A DNA stretch of 64,000 nucleotides from Marsupella aquatica. Its lineage: Eukaryota; Plantae; Marchantiophyta. This document shows positions 1 through 12,900 of this stretch, one piece after another. The stretch's first letter is position 1. Each line of letters begins with the position of its first letter. The stretch spans positions 17,162,754-17,226,753 of the forward strand of contig OZ316896.1 of assembly GCA_973895155.1 (NCBI GenBank), read 5' to 3'. Under the pieces are notes generated by a model. That model was not told where the DNA came from. It saw nothing but the letters and a program-made list of their open reading frames with translations, and did not search any database. The translations under genes were made by a program, and so were the position numbers.

Positions 1-2233
1 CACACAGCAGCCAGGATCAACCTTTGGTAGAAATAGTAACCGAAGCAGTTGCAAGTGTCGCGTCTACGACACTCCAAAGCGTGACTACAGAAGGTATTCT
101 GAATGCGCTTGACAGAGGAGTCAAAACTATCACTGAAACAGACGCAACAAGGTTCTCATATTGGGTAAGTTAGACGGTGCATATCCAACATCAGACCTGA
201 TTGTTTTGTATTACCAGTGCTCGGCAAAGAAGGTTATATCTAGGTCCGACAATCCTTCATATTTTTTTGTCGAGCCTTGTAGGTGCAGTCACATGTACAA
301 AAGTGTTGATGGGAAGCCTTTACTGTGGATCAATGCAGATTCTTGATCCGATTGATGGTACTCGTGGCTTCTTAAGAGGTGGAGATGCCTTGTATGTGGT
401 ACTTTTCATGTGTCCACCAGCTTCACAATTTTCTCGCCTTGCTTCCAAATTACCCTCGGTGCTCGCACTAGTTGCTGTGCATGCATTGTATGGGAAAAAT
501 GGTGAATGATTCAAGATTTTGGGAATGAGTAATCAAAAGTGTGAGCAGCTTCAGAATTTCATCATTTGTAGTTCATCGCTCTCAGTCTTGATTTCCAAGA
601 CTTTAGGTAAAGTTCAGTATGTCTGAGTTCGTATATTGTTGAATTTGTGTTCAGGGCTGGGTACAAGAGACGTTGTCTGTATTGTAACTTTCCCAGTCTA
701 ACAGAGCCTTGAGTTGGATTATCTATCATAAAGAAGCTTGAACCCATGACAGCAGCTAGTGCATCACTTTTCTGCCAGTATTGTATCGGTATCAACTACT
801 CTTAGTTATTGCCATTGATCACAGGTGGGGCTGGCTTTGGTGGTTGATGGTGAGGTTGTATTGGGTGTGATGGGTTGCCCAAATGTCCAGTTTAAGTACA
901 GTGACAAGTCTGCAAGTGGAGCTACTTTTTCACTGGAAATGGCAATGTCGCAACAAAGCAGGAAGGGAGTCACAGCTGAATGTTGCGAAACTGTCAAAGC
1001 ACCCACTCCTCGTGGCTTCCAATCTGGATTACTAATGGCTGCTTGCTCTGGTTGTGGATGTTGGGTGAGAATCCTCTCAAGGAATGCTGTTGTGCCTGAC
1101 CGAAAAGACTCCAGGCACGGTTATTTCAAGGATATGATCGAATCCAAGGTGGATGGAAGTAAGTCAATGAAGGATGCATTATTTTGCATATCAGACAATG
1201 AAGAATGGAGAACCCTTCCTGTGGCACAGGCACTGGCCTCAGTACCTGCTATTGAAGAGAGGTTGTCGGAGTATGACGCACAGCTTTTGTCACTCTGCTG
1301 CGGAAGGTGAGGAGCTTTGAGTGGCCCTGGAAGCATCAAGCAACTTTTATCAAGTCAAATGACAGACCAAAAGGCATTTTATCGAAAGTACAAGAAAAAT
1401 TGCTAGCTATCAGAGACACAGAATGGGTGGTCATTGAGCCAAGGATTAGCGAGTTAATGGTTTTCATGCACATAACCTTATGTCAGTGAAAGAAATTTTT
1501 TGGGACGCCCATTCACCCGCCAGTGTTCTTGACATCGCAACGATTGGTATCTTTCTCGCTGGTTCAGATGTGAATTTTGACTCTTGGCTGCTCATCTTCA
1601 CAGCCTCTGCAAGTACTTCGCTATAGCTCTTGGAGGTGCTTCTGTATTCGTACAGCATGTTCAAAATGCAGCGCAAGTAAAGGTGTATCCCAACTCACCA
1701 ATCTAACCAAAACTGTCTTCTTGTACACTTGCCCTTCCGTTCAAAGGAATCAAACTGTATAAAATGTTGGGCCCACTCAATGAAGCTAGTATTGTGAGTT
1801 TGGACGAGTTTCCGTTCCTGAACAATTGTTGGTGTGACAGGTATGGGACCATGCAGCTGGGGTCATCTGTGTGCTGGAAGCAGGAGGCCAGGTTCGTCCC
1901 TTGAATGAATCATCTGGTTTGGTCTCTGTTGTATCAGGCTACGGTATTTCTGACTCTTAATTAGTGCCCAATTCGTCAGTTACTGTTTACTGATTTTGGG
2001 CCTCGATTCCACGTCTGTCGCACATCAAAATGTCATAAGGGAGCTCTCCGAACATCTTATTTTATTTTTTGCGTGAACAGGTAACAGACTTTGAAGGGTC
2101 ACCATTGCAGAAGATGCTCGGAAACTGCCAGGATACGGTTTCTCCTCGAGGAGGGGGCATTGTTGCCAGTAATGGTAGTTTGCATGAAATTCTCTTAACC
2201 AGTCTTTCACCCTCTAAGATGTCGTTCGGGTAG
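1..2233 (+). CDS. PAP-specific phosphatase / 3'(2'),5'-bisphosphate nucleotidase (inositol monophosphatase superfamily, SAL/HAL2-like), 5' part outside window
   Basis: Exons with GT-AG boundaries and a continuous frame: <1-164, 339-398, 825-1306, 1604-1682, 1841-1891, 2081-2233 (TAG). The spliced product has the family motifs YW-ILDPIDGTRGF, VGLALVVDGEVVLGVMGCPN, CCGSLCKY, VWDHAAG and GGQVTDFEG...GIVASNG. Confidence 0.92.
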
Positions 2234-2461
2234 TACTTCCCTAGAAGGTACCTTGAATTGACTTTCTAATGCATTATACAGCGTCATGTTTGCGCGAAGC
2301 CAATGGTGACCAACGACCTGGGGCAGCACACCAATGGTTCTACGTACAGAAGTAAGCTGCAGTGCTTGAGGGAAGGTGGCTTCCAGGCAAAATTGCTGCG
2401 AGCTTCGTTTACACCGGGGATTGTGTCAAAGGAAGACTTCCATACCTCTTCTCACAGACGT

Positions 2462-2632
2462 TTCAATATTCTTGGGTAGTCACAATCTCTGTAGGTAGTT
2501 GTATTCACTTTAAAGTACGCATTCATACGTTCTCAATATTCTTGAGCTTCAATATTCTTGGGTAGTCACAATCTCTGTAGGTAGTTGTATTCACTTTAAA
2601 GTACTCATTCATACGTTCTCAATATTCTTGAG
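2462..2632. repeat. Near-perfect 86-bp tandem duplication downstream of the phosphatase stop codon
   Basis: TTCAATATTCTTGGGTAGTCACAATCTCTGTAGG...TCTCAATATTCTTGAG starts at 2462 and again at 2548, with one internal mismatch. Confidence 0.9.
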
Positions 2633-4857
2633 TTTGACGATCTACATCAGCTCTGCCAAAGTCGATTAGTGCCTGTCAGTGAGGCGCAAGACCGTCAAAG
2701 CCTCTTGTAAGCAATCCTAAGTGGAGACTTGTTCTGGTTTCAATTCATGGCTTAGCGGCTTTAGATGTAAAGGGAGTATGAAGCCAATTGAACTCGGGAA
2801 ACCCTGCAGGGTCGAGTACCCATATTGCCTGGCCGGATTGTTTAGGGTTCTCGTTAAATGGTATACCAATATGTCTAACCTATTCCGCAATTTATATTTA
2901 GGTGAGATATGTCTGCGAAGACCACGGTATTAAAACGGTGAAGCTCCCTCGTGTCTGATCTCCAATCATCTACTTGGAACTCCACTATCTACAACCACGG
3001 ATAAAAAAGGCTTTAAACACTACTCCACAGGCTTAAAACAATGATAGCCGACACAAACTTCTGATTAAAAGGGGCATTTCAAAATCTACCCAAAAAAGTG
3101 GGTCCGCTCAAATTAACGAAAGACCACTCTCATGTTTAGTGGGTTAGCTCCAATTAATGAAAGACCACTCATGTTTGAGCAAAGCTTCGCATCATATTAT
3201 TAATGTCTTCAAGTTTTACTCGAGACTGGCTTGAGAGTACAATTCTTAGTGTAGGGCGTACATTAATGGCTTCAGGAGAACGTCCAAGAAGCCATTAGTG
3301 TGCATTTCCATGGGCTCAGGCACTTTAAAACGTGAAACAAACATCTTGACGTCTTCGGGAGCGGACTAGTATCAAAGCTACGATTTGGTGGAAAGTGAAT
3401 TCATTCTCAATGGCTTTCGAAGATAGTCATAGTTCCACATTCCAGAGGATCCAAAGGTTTACTCACAAAGTTCCACAGGTTTGGAGGGTTTCCAAGTCAC
3501 CTGATATTTCCTTCTCGTAATCTGGAATCGTAGGTAACACGAGTGCAGAATAGTAATCGAAGAGAGTTTGCATACACCCTATCCACAAAAGGCTATTTAC
3601 TCCAATTTCATTCGGCATGCCAACGGACCAACGTGGATCCCTTTAACACAGATATTAGACTCAATTAACTTGAAGGTCACTGCGTGTGATTAATGAAGTG
3701 TCCTGCCCAACACGGGTTTGAATGTGCAACGACAAGGAGTTCAGAACCGTTTGCACTCATTGTGCATAGACTGCGTCAGCATTCTGAACACTAACTTCAT
3801 TGCACAACTGTCTTGCAAAGCTAAACTACCAATGGGCAAATGACTTATGCTCGTAACATTACAGCTTGCTGCAATGTCAGAAATCCGTCACAAAAGACTA
3901 AGACTTCTTCGAGACAAGAAGTTACGTGTCACTGAGATCAACAAAACTACAGCTATTGTGTCATGTTCCCAATGGAAGCTCCTCAAAATTAGCCCTTCGA
4001 GTGAACCCTAAGGCTGCCGTTCAAAACTTCTCAGCATCAGCCAAGCTGGAGACGAAGATCTGTTACAGGTAAGGAAGTCAAATTGGCGGAACTAGAATTT
4101 GCATGATTCGTGTGTGCATTATAGGTCTACTGACGAGGAGGACTTGCTCAAGGCCCTCCAACCAACACACAAGTTCAATCTTGGCCGTGAGAACTACCAT
4201 TGCTTCCAATTTAATCACATCCGGAAATCCCTACCGCATTGCTTTATCTCCAAGCAGCCGGTCCCTTGAATTGCAAGTACTTAACCTTCGCAGATGCTTG
4301 GCGGATGCTTGGCAGATGAGACATTACAATTATGGTCCAGGAACATACATTCAAATATTACCATAAATCAAAGATGATGGGGAGCTTCATAAAAGTCACG
4401 AATGAGAAATATGCTCCAACGAGACGATAGTCTCAACAAACTGTATTGATCATAAAATTACCCAAACACAGCCAAAGTCCAGAGTCCTACGCATCAGTCA
4501 TCCAGAGTGGGAAACCCTACCAGATATAAGGGACCTACTCCTTAACAAAAACCTCGAGACCAGTAGCAATATTCTGCCATCAAATTACGGAGAGCGTCTC
4601 CCTAAGTCCTCGTGCCAAGGGTAAGAGAATCGGGTCCACCTTCATCCCATGAGCTGCTTTGGACTCCAAGTAACCATAATACACTTTCCAGAAACTCTTT
4701 CCAAGCAACTCCTATCATTGATACGTCGCTCAACCAACTGACGAGGTTCACTACCTTTTCACGATATGATTGACGTCAGTTCGCGGCACAAAAGTTGGAA
4801 GAGATGGAGGGCCTGACTATTGTACAAGTTTAACATGCCGAGAAGTTCCGAAAATTC

Positions 4858-6100
4858 TCACCAGAGTCTTCCACCTCCCGTCTGATGAAGCATGGCATCA
4901 ATCTCGTCTCCGTCCTCCATATCAAGCTAAACATGTCAAGATCAAAGTCAGAACATACAAATACGATCCTCGACCAGAATCAGTCGCTGTTGAAAGGGAG
5001 AAAACCATCCTCGTCAACCAAACCGACACTAAAATCATAAACGTAAGACCTTGCTCCCCTCCAAAGAAGCTTCCGAGAGCTTTGAAAACAACCGCAGGCT
5101 TCCAAGGAAGTCCCAACATACAGAAGGACGGATGACAAACTAGGCTTCTTGGTAAGGACATTCAGCCTCTTCCACCCCGAAGCAACATAATTCTACACCT
5201 AATAGTCTCCGCAAGCATAGAATTCACGGCAAACGAAGAAAAAATACCTCAGCAGGGGTCTGCTCGGCACGAAGACGTCTCCCATCAAAAAGAAACGCAA
5301 TGGAGGACGCGTCAACAGACTGACGCTCGCAATAGGCATTCATAAGCTTGCGGAGAGTCGCAGAGCTCTTGATCCTGAAGAAAACTTCGCCACCGTCCTG
5401 CACCAACCTAACCCTCAGCAACAACACTCGAGAACATTGGCGTCTACTGAATTTCCACAAAGACCAAAAACAGAGGCCTTCCACTTAGGGTAAAAACTGT
5501 CAACCAAAAACGTGCGCAAACATTATCCCCAGCAAACGGACCCCACTGACAGAGTCCAAACAGTGGACATGATTCCCAATCTTGCTAAGGCGAAAACAAG
5601 ACCACTGGACCTGAAGTACACTTAATCATGAGCCGTGAGACCGCAAAGAATCGTTGCTTCACCCGATAATCAAGCTTTGCATTGCGGAGCAGGTCATTGC
5701 ATTATTTCCGTCTCAACACTCCGACCTAAACGAAAGACACCCACATTCTTGCAAGCCCTTGCAACACTTCAACCACCCTACTCGATCAAGTTCAAGACAT
5801 ACTTTAACGATGGGAACCCCTCAAGCCCGTAGCAGGGCTAAAACACCGTTGAACACGAGAACGAAAAAACTCTCACGCGAACAGGCCAAACACAACGATA
5901 TAGGGATAAAACCGAGACTCCTCCCCCCTCTACCACAAGGACATTAAACTAGAGGTAGTGAACGAGGAGAAAGATTGCTGGATATTTACCTGGCCCTTAA
6001 CCTTCAGGTTAATGTGCCCGCCATGGTCCATCGGCTTCTTCTCCTCGCCATCGTTGTGCAAAGCCGAGGCAGCCGTGTTACTGTCTTCCACTCCTGCCAT
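4858..6100 (-). CDS. SUMO: Small ubiquitin-like modifier (SUMO1/2 type), 109 aa
   Basis: Three exons: 6100-5990 (MAGVEDS...HINLKVKGQ), 5397-5248 ([10 protein letters not shown]...[16 protein letters not shown]) and 4926-4858 ([18 protein letters not shown]|GRLW*). It has the canonical QTGG diglycine maturation site and GT-AG introns in phase 0. Confidence 0.97.
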
Positions 6101-7079
6101 CTCCTCCTCTTTCCACACTCTGCGTTCGCCTCTATCGAATCCCAACACCCACCCACGCAAAAACACCGTTCACAAACGCACGCGAAGCACTCTACTGCTC
6201 CAAACAACGCCGAACTCGAAGACCAGAGCGGAAACCAACCAAGAGTGGGAGAGGACGACGACGACGCACCAGAAGGGAAGAGAGGAAAAACTAAAAGGCT
6301 AAGCACTCAACAAACCAGCCAAATTGACGACCAAAACACACTACTTGAGAGCTCTACCGCTCCCGAAAATAGACAACTCCAAACAAAGTTCACAGAAACG
6401 CACACCAGAGCAGAGGGGGACGACGTCGACGACGACGACGAACGCCGAAAAGGGAATCGGAAAACGAGCAATCACAATTATAATAGGCTCACCACGTACC
6501 AAAATTCGCCGAATTGACGAACCCAATTCCCTCCCACCGCTCTATCGGCGGAAACTTCGAACGATTATCGCAGCGCCCGATGAAATCGGTCCCTCCTCTC
6601 CCCTTTCCACTCCAAATCAGTGTGCAACCACTGCAACGACACGCGCGCGTGTCCCTCGCTTTGCTGCGGTAGGGCAAGCACAAGTGCACAACCTCGCAGC
6701 GTAGAATGTGCTTTTAAAGCAATGCACCTTATTACGCGCAGCCTTGACGAAGGGCTTGACGATCGATCGATCAATGACTCAATCGATCGAACAAAACTCG
6801 ACAGCACGCGAGTCGAGAAATACACAGGCACAGACAGACACAGAGAGGCAGAGAGAGAGAAAGGAGAGAAAAAGGAGAGAGAAAGAAAGAAGATAGAAGA
6901 TTCGCTTCGCAGAAGAATCTTTAGGAGCCCTCCAAACGAGAAATGGCAGATAAACTCCGACTTTCAGTTTTCCGCTAAGGAGGTAGGGTTTTAGGGCCGT
7001 CTTGCGTGTCCAGTGCCTTATACTTGCACTACCCTTTCTAGGCCAATTTGCATGCATGTATTTACTACCCTTAAGGGTT

Positions 7080-7202
7080 AGGTTCCATGGGCCAGGGGCG
7101 TACAATCCCTCCCACTCACACCCCCGGGGCCCAAATATAGGTTCCATGGGCCAGGGGCACTGAGTACAATCCCTCCCTCTCACAGCCCGGGGCCCAAATA
7201 TA
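7080..7202. repeat. ~60-bp imperfect tandem duplication upstream of SUMO
   Basis: AGGTTCCATGGGCCAGGGGC...TACAATCCCTCCC...CCCGGGGCCCAAATATA occurs twice head-to-tail. Each copy carries GGGCCCA/TGGGCC site-II-like motifs. Confidence 0.8.
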
Positions 7203-7299
7203 CTGGATGTTAATGTGTACAATAGTGTTTTAAAAGTATGAGTTTTGACTTTAGAGCCAATGAGAATGCAGTGTGCTGTCACTATAGGGGAAGAGGGAA

Positions 7300-7452
7300 G
7301 AGATATGCTTGATGGACCCCTAAATTGAAATGTCTTACTTGATAGACCCCATGAGCTTTTGGGTACATTGATTTGAGATCTATCAATGGTCGAGATCACT
7401 CATGGTCCATCAAGTAACACTTTGCATTTGGGAGGTCCATCAAGTATCTCTC
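7300..7452. mobile_element. Small foldback/MITE-like element (~150 bp) with ~50-bp imperfect inverted arms
   Basis: The left arm GAGATATGCTTGATGGACCCC...TTACTTGATAGACCCCATGAG is the approximate reverse complement of the right arm CTCATGGTCCATCAAGTAA...GGTCCATCAAGTATCTC. No clear TSD. Confidence 0.55.
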
Positions 7453-10400
7453 TCGGCAGATGGTGCCCCTAGAGTTTAACAGGGAATGTGAGGGAAAAAT
7501 CAAACTCCCTACTACCATATTTGTACACTCCTCACTCTCTAGAAAATCTCTGATCTTATTGGCTCAAACATGCTGACACACATGTGCACTCCTCACTCCG
7601 AGTCTCATGGAACCTTGCCTTTAGGGCCACCTTGCACAAATGGAGCAAAGAATTAGGCCTTAAGAGTATTTCTAGCCTATAGGGCCATCTTGCATGTGAA
7701 GAGCCCTTTCTTTCCGTCCATACCATGATTAAACTCTTTATTTTCCTTAAATTAATGAGTGCACACCTTTTTACCGCATTTTGATGTGTGATTATAGTAT
7801 GGAGCCCCAAAGACTTAGGCCCTAATAAGGTCATTTTCCATATAGAAGATACTCAAAAAAATGGCCCTTCAATTAACCAATGGCACTCTACAATTGAAGG
7901 AGACATTTGTGCCTCAACCCCCTCCATAACTACATTTTTCGCACTTTACTTCATCTCTCACATTGTTTCCAGGCTTTGTCTGTGTTAGTCATCTAGCATG
8001 ACGCAAACTGGGCACCTTAATAACCTGACCATAGATGGTGTTATTTACATCCTCAGATGCATCCAAAAGTATAGGCAACAAGAGGACAGAAAGGGGCTTG
8101 GAAAGGGGCAGATCATCTAGAAATATAGTTTTATTTTTATTTTTCAAGTGGGGTATGAGGGACATTTTGGTTTGGTCAGCTTTTCTTCTCGAAGAGGGGG
8201 ACTGATCATGCAATCATATTGAAAGTTTGGAAGGATGAGGCAGATTGCAGGAAGAGGGATTTTATGTGAATGATGGGGGGGCACATTCAAATTCTATTCA
8301 CTGACTTTCAATTCTATTCACTGACTTTCAAATAATCCTTTTCAAATAATCCTCTGGATCCTTGGGATAATTGTAACAAGTGGTGAATTTGAGAGTGCAG
8401 GATCAAAGTTGAGGTATGGGGAAGGAAAGGGTGGGACATGAAGATCCTGGTGTACCATTAAAGTTATGTTGGGAAATCAAATTCTCTTTGCAAGGAAATC
8501 AAATGAGAGAACAGTATCTGGGTGTATCATCAATGTTATGTTTGGAAATCAAAATTGTTTTGCAAGGAACTCAAACTAGATAGAACAAATGTCAAGAGGG
8601 AAGGGTGGAGATATTGATTCAAGGGAGGAAACTAGGTGTTGGGGGAGAAAGTGGGAAAAACAGGGTCAGGTAAATTGACTATGTACCAAAATAGAGAGCT
8701 TGAGAACAAGATATGGGGACGGGAGGTTGGGATAATTTTCTTTGTTTATGCCCGTTCAACCTTGAGCATCATTTTTAGCCCCATGTGCTTTTATATTTGT
8801 TTTGCCTTACTTGTAGCAAATTGACTAGGACGCCCAGAACTAATGTTGGGTGTCAAAAAGTGCTTGGTCCACTGGAGTAATAGAGTCAAATGTTGTGGTC
8901 CATCCAAGCATCAATTTTGCCTTCAGTAGAAAAGCATCCATACCAAATTTTAAAAGAAAAAGAAAATTGTCCATAGTGAGTTGAAATACTATACCATAGG
9001 TACCATGCACAGTAGCCTGGTGGTCCTATAAGATCCACACATGATCAAATTAGAATAATGAAACAGATAAACAAGAGTTGGTAGAAATTGAAGCTTGGAT
9101 GGCCTGTCCCCATTGACCCAAAGTGATTAGCCAGTTTACACCAAAAAGAAAGGGAATTGGCTGGGTTTTGGATTCAAAAGTTAAAATTTGGTCACAAAGC
9201 AGTTGATGGCTTGGCCACCCTCTGGAGTAAGTCAGCAAGATGTGAAGTCTCGTGTGAAGTCACATTTCTTAAAATGCACTTTGCTCATTGTAATGTTATC
9301 TCAATTGGCTCAGCAATATTGACAAAATAATGGAGGTTTTTTTTGTCTCAAAGCTGCAATTGAAAGCAAACCAAATGGAAGAGTTGGAAGGTTTGATTAA
9401 AATATCTTTGCCACTCCAACACTCCCATATTGTCGACGTGAGCTGGTCGCTAAAAGCGCCACTGTCCATGACAAAACCTGGATCCACCAGGTTTCACCAT
9501 TTTTAGTACATGTTCCCTAAATTTGTGGAGCAAAGTCTCACCCTAGAGGAAAGGAATGTTGAAAAAGGAGAAATCTTGGACACTTCTCCTTTTATATGGC
9601 CAGTGGTGGTTTAAGAAAACCATCATCAACGTTGTGAGTACTTAAGGCTGTCAAGTCTTTCATGAAACAAATCTTACCTTTAATTTGGCGGACTTGTCCA
9701 TTTATTTGAAGGATTCTGGATCTCAGTTTAAGCTCAAGAGTTTCCAACATGTTCTTTGATGTGGCATCTATTCTGTGACAAAGTTGAGACTTTTCTGAGA
9801 TCATTTGCCCTATTTTAGAGGAGCAAGAATGTAGTCAAATATTATAAAATCAAGACTTCACTTAACACTTAGAAAGTTTTGAGTGGTCAACTCAGAACTA
9901 GGTAGCAATGGTGGTCCAGAGTAATGGCGTGATGTCTTGACATCTTTCAGGTTCAACCTGGTCATCAAGTCATGAAGCCATTGAGGAGACTTGTCCGAAG
10001 ACCAGCAGTTGATGCTCTAAAACACGGGGTGAAGTAACTGTAACAGACTGTACACAGTCAGGAGGCTCTTTACAAATCACTTGGATTGAAAGTGTAAAAG
10101 GTGTTATTTGAGTAAGTTTGATCTTCTGAAAAAAGTCCATTTGGGCTTCATGCAAGGTACCAACATCCCATTCTTCAGAAAAAGCATGCGTCAAAAATTT
10201 GAAAAAGAAGAAGAAATTTGTCCTTGGTGACTTAAAATAATATACACTAGGTACATTCAATAGTCTGGCGGTCCTATAGGATACACACAAGAACTAAAAC
10301 AGATAAACAAAAGTTGGTAAGATTGTCTAGTCCATGACAACCCTTTTTTGTACCAATGAGGATTTTCCATGATTCTTATTATTACTTTTGTATTGTATTA

Positions 10401-10526
10401 TAAAGAAAATTTTCTTTCGAGGTTGATTCTGAAGCTCTGTTGATGATTATCATGTGGTCCTCAATAAGCATGTATCTATTGGTTTGGACGTATTATATCC
10501 ATCCATCTATCCATTGCTCCCATTCC

Positions 10527-10556
10527 CATACATACATACATACATACATACATACA
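10527..10556. repeat. (CATA)n microsatellite
   Basis: About seven consecutive CATA units. Confidence 0.9.
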
Positions 10557-11754
10557 TGCTACTGGACCACATACTGACTTCTGCATCCATGCCTCCACAC
10601 ATCATCAGAGCATCTACCTTAGGGACGAGTAGGTTTGTCCAGCCATGGGCCAAACTTAATATTTTATTTTGGTTTTAAATAGCACAATGCGGGTTGCATT
10701 GCAGAGTTTCGTCAACAAAAGTGGGATTGTGGTGAAGTAAGAAAGTGTTGTTGAGGGTAAGTGATATGACCAAGTAGTTAAATACAAAAGGGAGTCAAAG
10801 AGTCTACCTAACAAGTGCAGTAGATATCAAAGGAATCTGTGAGTTGCAGGGGGTGATGGGTTTGGCATGGAAAAGTTGCACAATGACACCTTCATGCCCA
10901 TCTCATTGTTAGTAATCAATGTCAGCATAACCCCACTGTAAATTGCATATACTCTTTAGATGTCGAAAATATGTTCTTTAGGTGTTCTGTACAAATGAGG
11001 ATTAAAATTTAATTAACCCTTTTCAGGGCAAGAGTTTGTGGGGCAAAACCCTGGTTCCCTAACATGTTCATACTGTAAAAGACCAGCCCTATGACCAAAG
11101 CAGTGGTCACAAGGATTGAACAAACACTCTTCCACATGGTAGTCTGTGTGGATCTGTGACAAAAAGACAGAACCACCACGACCCTACCCTCGAATAAATG
11201 AAAAATGCAGGGAGGTCTCATTTGCTTGTTCGATCATCAACAAAATTACTCCCATGAGTGCCCCAGGTATTTACTGATGTGAGTGCTATTTTGGTTCACG
11301 AAAAAACTTAAAATTATCAAAATTCTGGACCTGAGTGACAAAATACTTTTAGGTGGTTGTGAAATCTCAAAAGAATTTTGTGATGTAAAATGTAAGAATA
11401 TTCTAAGTATATTGATGTAAATTCAAATTCAAATTTGGAGCCACTTGTAAAATGGGTAAATTTGGTGTTTTCTTGTTTGCAACCAAGGAACTTTAAGATT
11501 GATTGACACTTGGGAGTACTTCCCTGAATGAACTAAGTCCACACTAAGTTAGAGCTAGAGCTAAAATGGATTGTAATCCACACCACGAGCAATTTTGAAT
11601 CCCATCAGAGTGAGTTGAGATCCGAGTTCAAAGGTTTGGATGGTGATCCAATCTAAGCTTAGGCCTCAACTTTATCTACAATTAGAAACCAAAAATCTCG
11701 TTTAGGCTATGCATTTTTGGTTCAGTTCTTTCATTCACCTATTGTATGACATTT

Positions 11755-12900
11755 AAGTTTCACTGTTTCTTCACATTTTCTGCACGTTTGACAATTTTGG
11801 CATTTTTGTGACTTGATTTGGGTTGTAACCTCGGGGGGTTGACTATCAAAAATCTTAGGAACCACATGTGATCCAAAATAGGTATTTTTCATAGAAATTA
11901 GCTAAATTTTTAAAAAGGGTAGGAAGCAAAAGAAGGTATTATAGACCAATATTTATAGAATATTCTCTAATATATATCTTTTATAAAGTAAAATAGGTCA
12001 TTAATATTGAAAATAGAGAATGTTTTTGGAATATTCCCATTATAAAATAGGCATGTTATATTAGGCTAGGATTGCACGTGGTATCCCAAAATATACACTA
12101 AGTTAACCCCCCGAGGTTGTAACTTTCTCCATGAGTCTTGGATTTGGGACTTCTTGAAGGATTTTGAGAGCTCTTTGCAAGGCGGTGAAGATAGATATGA
12201 AAAGTTCTCAAAAAGGTCAATGTATGAGTGAGTTACGGCTGATTTATGTTTCATCATTTTCTTCACATTTTCTGCGCGTTTGACAATTTGGGCATTTTTG
12301 CGACTTGATTTGGGTAATAACTTTCTCTATGAGTCTTGGATTTGTGAATTTTTAACAAATTTGGAAAGCTCTTGGCAAGGCAGTGAAGATCTATGAATTG
12401 TGCCCCAAACAATCAACATATGCGCGAGTTATGTCTCATTTAGGTTTTGATGTTTCTTCACATTTTCTACGCATTTGGTAATTTGGGCATTTTTGTTACT
12501 TGATTTGGATTGTAACTTTCTTCACGGGGCTCGGATGTGGGATTTCTTGACGGACTTGGAAAGCTCTTGGCGAGGCAATGAAGATCGATATGAATTGTAC
12601 CCCATACGGTCAACGTATGAGCTAGTTACGTCTAATTTAGATTTTTCCATTTTCTTAATATTTTTTGTGCGTTTGACGATTTGGGAATTTTCTTACTTGA
12701 TTTTGGTTGTAACTTTCTCCATGAAGCTCAGATTTGGGATTTTGTGACAAATTTGGAAAGCTCTTGGCAAGGCAATGAAGAATGATATGAATTGTGCCCC
12801 CAAACGATCAACGTATGAACAAGTTATGTCTGATTTAGTTTGATCATTTCTTTAAATTTTCTGTACGATTGGCGCCTCAGATTTTTGCGACTTGATTTGC
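11755..12900. repeat. Degenerate tandem array, ~195-bp unit, ~4-5 copies, interrupted by a MITE
   Basis: The anchor CTTCACATTTTCT and variants recur at ~11770, 12261, 12456, ~12655 and ~12850. The shared blocks GACTTGATTTGG.TGTAACTTTCT and GGAAAGCTCTTGGCAAGGCA.TGAAGA repeat with ~195-bp period. Confidence 0.85.
11830..12115. mobile_element. MITE family copy A (286 bp), 15-bp TIR, 8-bp TSD
   Basis: TIRs CTCGGGGGGTTGACT / AGTTAACCCCCCGAG. Perfect TSD GTTGTAAC at 11822-11829 and 12116-12123. Removing it restores the tandem unit. Confidence 0.9.

Noticed and set aside
3261-3300. Short inverted repeat CATTAATGGCTTC...GAAGCCATTAGTG
   Set aside because: A 13-bp imperfect stem with no context, too weak to call an ncRNA or TE.
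4028-4075. Possible plus-strand micro-exon (ctcag...CAG|gtaagg) between the phosphatase and SUMO
   Set aside because: It is an isolated splice-like signal with no supporting ORF or neighbouring exons, and needs RNA data.
5958-7399. ORFs of 100-206 aa around the SUMO 5' end
   Set aside because: They are antisense or off-frame readings of SUMO exon 1 and its leader and microsatellites, with no recognisable domain.
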